DNA of 64,000 nt, from assembly GCA_002839505.1 (NCBI GenBank), contig PGYE01000001.1:371332-435331 (forward strand), given 5' to 3'. Made by a program: the position numbers and the translations under genes. The notes beneath the pieces were generated by a model. That model did not search any database. It was not told the origin of the DNA and was given only the letters and a program-made list of their open reading frames with translations. Below are positions 40,675 through 49,632 of this stretch, piece by piece; within the stretch, counting starts at the first letter, position 1; each line of letters starts with the position of its first letter. The stretch comes from Candidatus Peregrinibacteria bacterium HGW-Peregrinibacteria-1 (GTDB lineage: Bacteria; Patescibacteriota; Gracilibacteria; UBA1369; LOWO2-01-FULL-3).

Positions 40675-41925
40675 CTACATCGATCCCGCTAAATCCGTAA
40701 GCGACATTATCGGAAGCATAATTGCCGCTACCACTGCCCCTACAGTCAAACCAATAATAACAATCACCACCGGCTCAATAATCTTTGCAATACCGTTTAC
40801 CGCCACATCCACCTCTTCCTCATAAAAATGCGCCACTTTTACCAGAATCGTGTCCAGTTGAGCTGTCTTTTCCCCGACATCCACCATATTCACCAACATT
40901 GAAGGAAACAAAGGACTATCCGTAAAGTTTTCCGCCAAAGTAATACCCTGCTTGATATCTTCCGCTGCCATGAAAATTCGGTTCTTATAGACCTCATTAC
41001 CAATCGATCTCGCCGTTATTTCCAGAGCCGTCACAATTGACAAACTACTATCCAACAAGCTCCCCAAAGACCTCGCCAGTCTCGCTACATACGATTTTTG
41101 AATCAAACCACCGAAAAGTGGCATATGAATCTTTATGTTATCTAGGTAATAAGCCCCACTCTCAGTTTTTTTGATGAACTTAAGCGCAACAAAAAAGGCA
41201 ATGATCAAACCTATTAACACCATGTAGTAGTTGACCATAAAATCACTTATTCCTACTACAATTTTCGTAATTAAAGGTAAATCAGCACCCTCGGATGCAA
41301 ACAGTTCCGTCATACTTGGAATTACAAATATCATCATTCCTGAAATGACCAATACCAAAAGCACAAATACCACCGTTGGATACATCAAAGCACTCTTAAC
41401 TTTTTTTCTGATCGCCGACGCCTTTTCCAAATCTATAGCCAAGCTATCCATCGATTTATTTAAATGTCCCGAAGCTTCACCGCTCCGGACCATTCCCAAA
41501 TCCTGCTCTGTGAATACACCCGAAATTTCACTAGCCATAGCTTGAGACAAGCTCATACCAGCCTCAATTTTTGTCGCCAAATCCATAACAATCAGTTTAA
41601 AGCGCTTATTTTCTTCTTGGGACCCCAGAGACCTCAACGCCTTAACCATTGGAATACCGGCATTAATCATCACCGACAGAAGATGGAAGAATGTAGCCTT
41701 TGTATCAGGCTTAATCTTCATCTTTGAAATCAGATAGTTATTTATCCTCGCCATAATACTTAAATCTGCATCATCTCCGGACTGCATCAAAATAACACCA
41801 TCATTATTGCTGTCATCAATATTAATAATAACCCTCCCTCCATTTTCTGGAGCTTTTTCCTCTAATCGAAAAGACTCTGTCCCTACCTCCGAAAAATTAT
41901 TTTTATCTTGAATTTGATCAGCCAT
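40675..41925 (-). CDS. pilC: Type IV pilus platform protein PilC (GspF family)
   Basis: LSVMINAGIP, MVRSGEASGHL, KVKSALMYP, MVDVGEKTAQL, IMLPI. Confidence 0.93.
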   Translation of the reverse strand: MADQIQDKNNFSEVGTESFRLEEKAPENGGRVIINIDDSNNDGVILMQSGDDADLSIMARINNYLISKMKIKPDTKATFFHLLSVMINAGIPMVKALRSLGSQEENKRFKLIVMDLATKIEAGMSLSQAMASEISGVFTEQDLGMVRSGEASGHLNKSMDSLAIDLEKASAIRKKVKSALMYPTVVFVLLVLVISGMMIFVIPSMTELFASEGADLPLITKIVVGISDFMVNYYMVLIGLIIAFFVALKFIKKTESGAYYLDNIKIHMPLFGGLIQKSYVARLARSLGSLLDSSLSIVTALEITARSIGNEVYKNRIFMAAEDIKQGITLAENFTDSPLFPSMLVNMVDVGEKTAQLDTILVKVAHFYEEEVDVAVNGIAKIIEPVVIVIIGLTVGAVVAAIMLPIMSLTDLAGSM

Positions 41926-41941
41926 TTTAAGTTAATTGAGA

Positions 41942-43348
41942 TTATTCGTCTTTATTTGCTACTCTAAACACCTCTTCCAAGGTTGTTTTCCCCTGTAATA
42001 CCTTGATCACTCCAGCCTCTTCCAATGTGATCATTCCGTTTTTCTGCGCGGCCTCCTTCAGATCAATAATAGTTGCACCACCTGAAATCAACCTTCTAAG
42101 CTTATTATTCATCTTAAAGACCTCATAAAGACCGATACGACCTTTATAACCAATATTGTTACAATCCGGACAACCCGGAGCTTCATAAACCTTTAAATTT
42201 TTCAGATCAATACCCTCAAGTTCACTCTCAAGACCATGTTTTTTCAGTTCAATAATGACATTTTTAATTAGTTCCGCCATCTCCGGACTAACCTTAGAAA
42301 CTTTTTTACACTTATCACAAATTTTCCTCACAAGACGCTGAGCCACTATCATTTCAATAGTTGACACCAAAAGATAAGCCGGCACCCCCATATTAAGCAG
42401 ACGCGTAATCGATTCTACTGCACTGTTCGTATGCAAAGTAGAGAACACTAGATGTCCTGTCAAAGAGGCTTCAATAGCCGTATCGGCAGTCTCTTTATCA
42501 CGAATCTCTCCCACCATTATAATATCCGGATCTTGACGCAAAGCCGCCCTCATACCCATTGCAAAGCCATAATCAATATCATGATGCACCTGACTCTGGC
42601 TTAAGCCATCCAGCTGAATTTCCACCGGATCTTCAATCGTCATAATATTCACATCCACCTTATTCAATCTCGTCAAACAACTATACAAAGTGGTGGTCTT
42701 ACCACTACCCGTCGGCCCAGTATTAATGATAATTCCATTTGGAGAGTTCAAAGCCGTTAAAACATTTTGTAAACTTATCCCCGAAAAGCCCAAATCCATC
42801 AGATCAGGAATTTTTCTCGACTTATCTTGCAAACGCATCACGACCTTTTCTCCATTTACAGTAGGTAAAGTCGAAATACGCAAATCCATATCTCTACCAT
42901 CTTGAGTTGTTACATCGGCACGACCATCCTGCGGAATACGCTGCTCATCAATCTTAAGATTCGACATGATTTTAATCCTCGAAACCACCGCCGGATTCAA
43001 ATTAAGCGGGTACTCTACAATGTGCCTCAGCACACCATCCACACGGAATCGTACGCGCACCCGATTTTTCAAAGGCTCGATATGAATATCACTACTTCCA
43101 AGATCCAACGCATAGCTAATCGTCAGCATCACCATCTTAGGAACATTCGCCGCCAAAATCGCATTTTTGAGCCCTTCCAACATATCATCTCCATCCTTCC
43201 CCACATCCTGTTGAGCAAGATCGATGCGCGCACTTTCCTTCGCCGTATCACTTAAATCATCATATTGATCTATTACCCCACTGAATGTCTGGTCGGCATC
43301 GTTTGGAGCAACGCTGGGATCTATATTTTTATTGATATCTTCGGCCAT
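41942..43348 (-). CDS. pilB: Type IV pilus assembly ATPase PilB (GspE family)
   Basis: SDIHIEP, RFRVDGVL, GPTGSGKTTTLY, LRQDPDIIMVGEIRD, TGHLVFSTLHTN, tetracysteine motif. Confidence 0.93.
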   Translation of the reverse strand: MAEDINKNIDPSVAPNDADQTFSGVIDQYDDLSDTAKESARIDLAQQDVGKDGDDMLEGLKNAILAANVPKMVMLTISYALDLGSSDIHIEPLKNRVRVRFRVDGVLRHIVEYPLNLNPAVVSRIKIMSNLKIDEQRIPQDGRADVTTQDGRDMDLRISTLPTVNGEKVVMRLQDKSRKIPDLMDLGFSGISLQNVLTALNSPNGIIINTGPTGSGKTTTLYSCLTRLNKVDVNIMTIEDPVEIQLDGLSQSQVHHDIDYGFAMGMRAALRQDPDIIMVGEIRDKETADTAIEASLTGHLVFSTLHTNSAVESITRLLNMGVPAYLLVSTIEMIVAQRLVRKICDKCKKVSKVSPEMAELIKNVIIELKKHGLESELEGIDLKNLKVYEAPGCPDCNNIGYKGRIGLYEVFKMNNKLRRLISGGATIIDLKEAAQKNGMITLEEAGVIKVLQGKTTLEEVFRVANKDE

Positions 43349-43354
43349 AATTAT

Positions 43355-43966
43355 TTATTGAAAATATGCGTTTAACGAAACTGTAAAATTAATAATCTCA
43401 TTATTCTTAGTATTTGCTCCGCTTGGAAAACTCAGCCTTACCGAGGTTAAATCCATCAACCTGGTCTCCGCATCAAAATCCCCTGAATTCTCAATCAACT
43501 TCAAGAAATTATCAAAATTAACCAAAGAACTTGCTATCGTAACTCGCACCGGCAAGATCGAATAATCTTCAAGATAGACCGGTTCTGAAAAGACAAGGTT
43601 GGATATTTGAAAGGTATTGGTCAATGTTGCAAAAGAATCTTCAATATAATCAAACTGCCTTGTTAGAAGGATATAGTTGTCTGCCACTGGAAAAATATTC
43701 TCCATCTTCTTATTCAGACTCTCTAAGAAAGCGGAAAACTCTCCTTTCACTGACTCATACTGCGCTCGTTCAGTTGCCGCCTCCAACTCCAAATTGCTTA
43801 TTAGTTCGTCACTTTCAGCTACAATCTCCTGTAGAGCCAAATACTCTTGAACTCTCACATAACCATAGAAACCAATCACTGCAACCAGCACCAAGCACAA
43901 TAAAGAGTATACCTTCACCTGGAAATTCTGCTTACTGACCTCTACATAATATTCTACGCTTGGCAT
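43355..43966 (-). CDS. PilO-like alignment-complex protein
   Basis: Single TM, coiled coil and ferredoxin-like end (LPVRVTIASSLVNFDNFLKLIENS...RLMDLTSV); directly upstream of pilB. Confidence 0.7.
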   Translation of the reverse strand: MPSVEYYVEVSKQNFQVKVYSLLCLVLVAVIGFYGYVRVQEYLALQEIVAESDELISNLELEAATERAQYESVKGEFSAFLESLNKKMENIFPVADNYILLTRQFDYIEDSFATLTNTFQISNLVFSEPVYLEDYSILPVRVTIASSLVNFDNFLKLIENSGDFDAETRLMDLTSVRLSFPSGANTKNNEIINFTVSLNAYFQ

Positions 43967-43967
43967 A

Positions 43968-45248
43968 TTAATTTGTGTTATCGATTAGAGCTTCTTCACC
44001 TTCTTCCTCGTCTTCTTCAAGACTTAAAACCAATCTCACGCTTGAAGAATACCCAGTACTCAAGTCCCCAGACTTACTGAAGGACCTGATTTCACCATCT
44101 TTAAACAAAGGCGAAGAATTTAGGGAAATAACTAAGTCGGCAATAAACGAAAATAGTTTTGTGTCCAAAATTTTTGTCTCACCGACAATTGATATTTTTC
44201 TTCCAACACTATCAAAATCATAACTGGTCCAACGAACACCACCATATTTGTCGAATTCTCCCGAAGAATAAAAATTATCAACAGAAATTGTCCTAAGTTC
44301 AATTTCCTTAATGATATCTGACAAACGAATTCTTTCCTCTTTTATTTTCTGCATTGTACTGAGACTGTTTGTCACAGTATCGTTCACCTCATTCAAAAAA
44401 CTCATCAGTTCTAAATCATTGAGCGCATCGAAATCAGTTTTGATTATCAGATTTTTCAGACTATTGTTTTCCACCAATCTTACCAAATGACTCACCTCAC
44501 GCGAACCGGCCACACCAGCATCATATTGTCTCAAACTCACTGTTAGACTTTCTTTAAAAGTTTCCATGATATCAGCATCGGACATAACCATTACACCATT
44601 CAATATTGGTTTTGTGATGTCATGACGGTAAAGATCTCGCAATTCTAGAAAGTATGCTCTCAAATTTTCTCGCATCAGAGTCATCAAACGCGACGCATTA
44701 TTCCGTTCACGATCCGTACTGGTGCTCGATGTATAGATCTTATAATTGTGCAAGTATTGATCACCGTTAAATGTGAAATGATCCAAATAGCCCTTGATCT
44801 GCAGATACCGATAGGTATTTACATCCGTCTGCTTGTCCAAAAGGTTTTCATTCATATCAACCACCTTGTTATAAAGGCGTTCGACTGGCTTATCATCTTT
44901 CAAAAATGTGAACTTATTGTCCAAATGGTACTGGAAAAAAGCCACTGCCATCCCACCTACGACCATCAACGACACAAAACAAATGCGTAATATTGTCAGC
45001 GCGATACTCTTCGGTGCTACAACATTATCCAACAATGATTCATCCACCTCGGGGACAATATTCATGAATTCATCCCCCGAAACTTGCTGGCTTCCATCTT
45101 TGGTATCAATCACACCTTTGATAATACCCTCAGCCTCCGGAGTACCTGGTGGAGGAGTCAGTATTGGCTTTTTCAAGGCAGGTTCACTCGCTGGAGCAGC
45201 AACTGCCTTCACCGGTTTTTTCTTTTTAAAAATGTCTAGCAAACCCAT
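43968..45248 (-). CDS. Extended PilN-like alignment-complex protein
   Basis: Single TM; C-terminal KISIVGET...IADLVISLNSSPLFKD resembles PilN; adjacent to pilO-like. Confidence 0.55.
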   Translation of the reverse strand: MGLLDIFKKKKPVKAVAAPASEPALKKPILTPPPGTPEAEGIIKGVIDTKDGSQQVSGDEFMNIVPEVDESLLDNVVAPKSIALTILRICFVSLMVVGGMAVAFFQYHLDNKFTFLKDDKPVERLYNKVVDMNENLLDKQTDVNTYRYLQIKGYLDHFTFNGDQYLHNYKIYTSSTSTDRERNNASRLMTLMRENLRAYFLELRDLYRHDITKPILNGVMVMSDADIMETFKESLTVSLRQYDAGVAGSREVSHLVRLVENNSLKNLIIKTDFDALNDLELMSFLNEVNDTVTNSLSTMQKIKEERIRLSDIIKEIELRTISVDNFYSSGEFDKYGGVRWTSYDFDSVGRKISIVGETKILDTKLFSFIADLVISLNSSPLFKDGEIRSFSKSGDLSTGYSSSVRLVLSLEEDEEEGEEALIDNTN

Positions 45249-45324
45249 TTTCCTTTTGTTTTTAGCTGAATTAATCCGTCAATTATATCATAAATTAGAC
45301 ACTTAAAGCAATTAGTGATTTTAC

Positions 45325-45357
45325 AAAAACCGCCTTAGATTTCTCTAAGACGGTTTT
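45325..45357 (-). terminator. Intrinsic terminator of rplJ-rplL
   Basis: Minus strand AAAACCGTCTTAGA-gaaa-TCTAAGGCGGTTTTT. Confidence 0.8.
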
Positions 45358-45388
45358 GCTAGAAAATCTTTTTAATAGACCTCGTAAA

Positions 45389-45802
45389 TTATTGCAACTC
45401 AACTGTTGCTCCAGCCTCTTCAAGCTTAGCTTTCATTTCTTCAGCTTCAGCCTTCTCTAGACCTTCTTTCACTGGTTGTGGCGCACCATCTACTAGATCC
45501 TTAGCCTCTTTAAGACCAAGTCCTGTAAGCTCACGAACTACTTTGATGACAGCAATTTTCTGACCACCTGCAGCTGTAAGAACTACATTTTTCTTGCCAT
45601 CTCCAGCGTCTGCAGCCCCAGCATCACCACCGGCTACAGCACCTCCAGCCATCATCATTGGAGCAGCAGCACTAACTCCAAACTTCTCCTCAAGAGCCTT
45701 AACCAAGTTTGCAAGCTCAAGTACTGGCAAAGCCTCTACAAGATCCATAATTTTTTGAGCATCCTTTCCGAGCTCTACTGTTTTTGTTGTTTCTTCAGAC
45801 AT
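45389..45802 (-). CDS. rplL: 50S ribosomal protein L7/L12
   Basis: [36 protein letters not shown]. Confidence 0.98.
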   Translation of the reverse strand: MSEETTKTVELGKDAQKIMDLVEALPVLELANLVKALEEKFGVSAAAPMMMAGGAVAGGDAGAADAGDGKKNVVLTAAGGQKIAVIKVVRELTGLGLKEAKDLVDGAPQPVKEGLEKAEAEEMKAKLEEAGATVELQ

Positions 45803-45835
45803 AATTATTAATTAGTTAAATGAATTATTGATAAA

Positions 45836-46369
45836 TTAAGCACCAACTTCTTTCTTCTCCCTGATGGCATTAAGCGCTCTAACAAATCCTGATAGAGTAT
45901 TGTTAAGCACACCATGGAATCCTGAAATTGGAGACTTGATAAGGTAAATAAACTTCCCAACCAACTCTTCGCGCCCTGGCAAAAGAGCCAAAGCTTTAGT
46001 CTCTTCGAGAGAGATTACACGCCCCTCGAAAAGAGCACCTCGTAGTTTTAGGTGTTCATGTTCTTTCGCAAAATTGTACAGTGTTTTCGCTACTATCAAA
46101 CCATCCTCAGCTGAGAAAGCCGACCCCACGGGCCCCTCCAAAAGTTCATTTGGAATCTCGCTGAATCCGGCCTCGGTTGCCGCTCTCTTGATAAGCGTCT
46201 TCTTCGCCACCTGGAATTTCACTCCATGTTCTCGAAGTTTTGCACGCAAATCATCAAGCTCACTAACTGAAAGACCTTGATAGTCCGCAAAAACCACAGC
46301 ATTAGCTGCCTTGATACGATCAGCCATCTGCTGTATCAAGCCCGCCTTTTGTTCTCTGTTTAGTGGCAT
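45836..46369 (-). CDS. rplJ: 50S ribosomal protein L10
   Basis: VFADYQGLSVSELDDLRAKLR, VAKKTL, LALLPGREEL. Confidence 0.97.
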   Translation of the reverse strand: MPLNREQKAGLIQQMADRIKAANAVVFADYQGLSVSELDDLRAKLREHGVKFQVAKKTLIKRAATEAGFSEIPNELLEGPVGSAFSAEDGLIVAKTLYNFAKEHEHLKLRGALFEGRVISLEETKALALLPGREELVGKFIYLIKSPISGFHGVLNNTLSGFVRALNAIREKKEVGA

Positions 46370-46440
46370 TTTTGTTGAATTAAAAAAACTTGGTAATTCA
46401 CAGACACCAAGTACAAAAGTATTTACGACTATTCAACTAT

Positions 46441-46487
46441 TGTCTCGGCGGGACTTAACACTTTTCAGCTGCCCAACGTCTATGACT
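46441..46487 (-). ncRNA. Ribosomal protein L10 leader (core of the autoregulatory RNA)
   Basis: Minus strand GTCATAGACGTTGGGcagctgaaaagtgTTAAgtCCCGCCGAGAC matches the remembered L10-leader pattern (AGAC..GG...UUAA..CC..CCGAG) and lies upstream of rplJ. Confidence 0.7.
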
Positions 46488-46620
46488 AGAGAAATCTACC
46501 AAAATTTTCTGATAAGTCAAACTTAATTTTATTTTCAATGTAACCTTTGCGATCTCACCCCATAGAAGGTAAAATTTCCACACTTCTAAGCCATTGATTC
46601 CATCAATAAGTTAAAATCGC

Positions 46621-47544
46621 ATGAATCAGTTCCTCACAAAAATCACAGAATTCATTCAGTCAGACACAAAAAAGACCAAAGTGATAACAATCCTGGGCCC
46701 TACCGCAAGCGGCAAAACTGCACTTTCAATAAAAGTTGCCAAGCTTTTTAACGGAGAAATAATATCAACCGACTCGCGCCAAATATATCGCCAAATGCCA
46801 ATTGCCACCGCAGTTGTAACCGTTGAAGAAAGACAAGAAATCCCTCACCACCTGATTGAAATATTAGAGCCTGACCAGATACTGACCCTTGCCGAATACC
46901 ACCAGCTAGCCACACAAAAGATAGAAGAAATCACCAGTCGAGGCAAAATACCGATACTTACTGGCGGAACCGGACTCTATATTTCCGCAATTCTTGAAAA
47001 CTACCAAATACCCCTTATTCCTCCTGACGACAGCCTTCGCGCCACACTTCAACAGGAAAAAAGCGAAAAAGGCAGCGAGCACCTTCACAAACTTTTACAA
47101 GAACTCGACCCCGAAGCCGCTGAACACATCCACCCAAACAACGCCCGCTATCTTATCCGGGCAATCGAGAAATCCAAAACATCGCACCAAAAACCGCAAA
47201 AGGGCAACTCGCCTTACGAAAGTTTCAACATAATAATTGACTGGCCACGAGAACAACTGTATCAACGGATTGAAGACCGCGTCGAACAACTCTTTCAAAA
47301 TGGAATTGTCGAGGAAATCCAAGCACTAGTATCAAAAGCAATATCGCCCGAACTACCATCAATGAGTGCCGTCGGTGTCAAAGAAATTATTCCTTTCCTC
47401 GAAGGCAAGTCCACATTAGAAGAAACAAAGAACCTGATTAAGCGAAATACTCGCCGATACGCCAAACGCCAGCTTACCTGGTTTCGAAGATTTCAAGACC
47501 TGAATTATCTCACCCCCGACCAGCTTAAAGAGCTCTTAAAATAA
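46621..47544 (+). CDS. miaA: tRNA dimethylallyltransferase
   Basis: GPTASGKT, DSRQIY, GGTGLYI, TRRYAKRQLTWFR. Confidence 0.97.
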   Translation: MNQFLTKITEFIQSDTKKTKVITILGPTASGKTALSIKVAKLFNGEIISTDSRQIYRQMPIATAVVTVEERQEIPHHLIEILEPDQILTLAEYHQLATQKIEEITSRGKIPILTGGTGLYISAILENYQIPLIPPDDSLRATLQQEKSEKGSEHLHKLLQELDPEAAEHIHPNNARYLIRAIEKSKTSHQKPQKGNSPYESFNIIIDWPREQLYQRIEDRVEQLFQNGIVEEIQALVSKAISPELPSMSAVGVKEIIPFLEGKSTLEETKNLIKRNTRRYAKRQLTWFRRFQDLNYLTPDQLKELLK

Positions 47545-47551
47545 ACAAAAC

Positions 47552-49222
47552 ATGTCAATTAGAGGACAACAATGGCAAATAATCAACACTGACTTTCAAG
47601 GGACGGCATTGGAAAAAATAATGTCACAGCGCATGCAAAACCTCGCCCTGGATCTTGAAAAGTATCACGACCCCTACTGCTTCACTGACATGAAAATCGC
47701 CGTAGATCGTATCGAAACAGCTATAACAAAAAATGAAAAAATCATAATTTTTGGCGACTATGATGTCGACGGAATCAGTGGAACCGCACTTCTATACAAA
47801 GAATTAGAGCAGCTCGGCGCCAATGTCTCATACCGCATACCGAACCGCATGAAGCATGGATATGGCCTCACAATGCCATTTGTCGAGGAATTTATTGAGA
47901 AAAAAATTGATCTCGTGATCACTGTCGACTGCGGAATATCATGCACCAAAGAGGTCGCCGAAGCCGGAAAACATGGGATCGACATAATTATCACCGACCA
48001 TCACACTATCCCTGAAGCAATTCCACAAGCTGTCGCCATCATTCACCCTAAATATGATAATCAATATCCATACCGAGAGCTTACCGGTTCCGGAGTAGCC
48101 TTTAAACTGGCTCACGGACTCATCCAAAGACTTATGCCTAAGGATGCCGAAGAAACACAATTAAAGGAATTAGTTGATCTTGCCTCCCTCGGCACAGTTG
48201 CCGATATGGGGCCTCTCAGCGGAGAAAATCGCCACATTGTCAAACAAGGACTACTTACACTTTCGAATACTCAATGGCCGGGATTAAAACAGCTACTTAT
48301 CAACTCTGGGATTGATCTCGAGAGGGACCCGACGGCCGGCGATATTGGCTTCAAAATAGGCCCAAGAATCAACGCCGCCGGCCGCATCGACGACCCCTAC
48401 ATCGCCCTGCAACTACTACTCCAAAATGAAACCAGCCGCATCACCGAGCTCGGCAATGCCCTTGAAAAAATCAACATCAAACGCATCGAAATGCTTGAAG
48501 AAGCCCTGGCATCCGCCTCTCTTGAAATAGAATCCTTATCAGAAATACCGCCAATAATCATTCTTGAAAACAGCGATTGGCATGTCGGAATTCTCGGACT
48601 CATAGCCAGTCGCATATCTGATAAATACCACCGCCCCACAGTTATTCTACAAGTCTTTGAAGAGTTTTTGACCGCCTCCGCCCGCAGCCCCGAATACTTC
48701 AACATCATTGAAGCCCTCACCCACAACTCCCAATACCTCGAAACCTTCGGCGGACACCACTGCGCCGCCGGATTCAAAGTAAAGAAAGAAAAATATCCCG
48801 AATTCAAATCCTCACTCACAGACTATTCTCGTAAAACCATCACCGAAATACCACAACCTGTTATCAAAATTGACTGCGAAATATCACCCGACGAACTCGA
48901 CCTCCAATTCGAAAAAGAAATTTCCAAACTCGCCCCCTTCGGAATCGGAAACTCCCGACCAAAACTGCTTTTGACCGGAATATCACCACAATTTCCTCAA
49001 GCCATCGGCAAAGACAACAAACACTTAAAATTCACCGCACAAATCGGCAACAAAACCTTTAACACTATCGCCTTTAATATGGGAGAACACCTCGAAACAA
49101 TCAAAGGAGAATCCACCATTGATCTTGTCTTCTCCCCCGAAGCTAACAACTGGCGAGGCAACACCTCACTCCAACTACAAATCCACGACATTAGGGTAAA
49201 CGAACAACCCACGCATCTCTAA
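47552..49222 (+). CDS. recJ: Single-stranded-DNA exonuclease RecJ
   Basis: GDYDVDG, ITVDCG, ITDHH, LGTVADM, GPRINAAGR, FGGH, LAPFGIGN. Confidence 0.97.
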   Translation: MSIRGQQWQIINTDFQGTALEKIMSQRMQNLALDLEKYHDPYCFTDMKIAVDRIETAITKNEKIIIFGDYDVDGISGTALLYKELEQLGANVSYRIPNRMKHGYGLTMPFVEEFIEKKIDLVITVDCGISCTKEVAEAGKHGIDIIITDHHTIPEAIPQAVAIIHPKYDNQYPYRELTGSGVAFKLAHGLIQRLMPKDAEETQLKELVDLASLGTVADMGPLSGENRHIVKQGLLTLSNTQWPGLKQLLINSGIDLERDPTAGDIGFKIGPRINAAGRIDDPYIALQLLLQNETSRITELGNALEKINIKRIEMLEEALASASLEIESLSEIPPIIILENSDWHVGILGLIASRISDKYHRPTVILQVFEEFLTASARSPEYFNIIEALTHNSQYLETFGGHHCAAGFKVKKEKYPEFKSSLTDYSRKTITEIPQPVIKIDCEISPDELDLQFEKEISKLAPFGIGNSRPKLLLTGISPQFPQAIGKDNKHLKFTAQIGNKTFNTIAFNMGEHLETIKGESTIDLVFSPEANNWRGNTSLQLQIHDIRVNEQPTHL

Positions 49223-49239
49223 GAAAATTATTATGTGGC

Positions 49240-49518
49240 ACAATCTTATTCTGATTGGGCGTATCGGAGCCTTTGCGGGCCGGTGCCACCTACAGACTGA
49301 ATTCAGGATAATCTTCACCTATTACTTATTTTGCGTCATTATTACGATTATGTCGAGCGATCATGCATCGCGAGACATGGGCAAGGCGTACATGCTAGCC
49401 GCAGCCCATTTAATCGCTGAAAGCAAAATAAGTATGGTGAAGATTACCTAAAAGGCGAGATCTGAGGTGCAATTTCCCGCCGGGGAAATTGACACCGTCC
49501 CAAATAGAATAAGATTGT
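49240..49518 (+). ncRNA. Unidentified highly structured ~280-nt element (candidate ncRNA or non-autonomous element)
   Basis: Nested complementary segments: 49240-49252/49506-49518 (13 bp perfect), 49309-49319/49436-49446, 49323-49334/49423-49434, and side hairpins. G-U pairs favour the + strand. Confidence 0.55.
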
Positions 49519-49571
49519 CCCCCGCAGCCCACTTAATCGCTGAAAGCAAAATAAGGATGGCGAAGATTGCC
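49399..49571 (+). repeat. 50-bp direct repeat pair (46/50 identical)
   Basis: 49399-49448 ccgcagcccatttaatcgctgaaagcaaaataagtatggtgaagattacc versus 49522-49571 ccgcagcccacttaatcgctgaaagcaaaataaggatggcgaagattgcc. Confidence 0.9.
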
Positions 49572-49577
49572 GCACCC

Positions 49578-49606
49578 TTGACTAAAACACAAAAAAGAAT
49601 TATAAT
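49578..49606 (+). promoter_or_regulatory. Near-consensus sigma70 promoter for the DHH phosphoesterase gene
   Basis: TTGACT-N17-TATAAT, 26 nt upstream of ATG 49633. Confidence 0.75.
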
Positions 49607-49632
49607 TACAAAATAATATTTTTCACAACCTA

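Noticed and set aside
49240-49518. Assignment as tmRNA, RNase P RNA or a group I intron
   Set aside because: No tRNA-like GGGG...CCACCA ends, no GAGGAAAGUCC RNase P motif, no clear P7 core, and it does not interrupt a gene
49399-49571. Mini CRISPR array
   Set aside because: Only two 50-bp copies with a 73-bp structured gap, no cas genes, and copy 1 is part of a larger folded element
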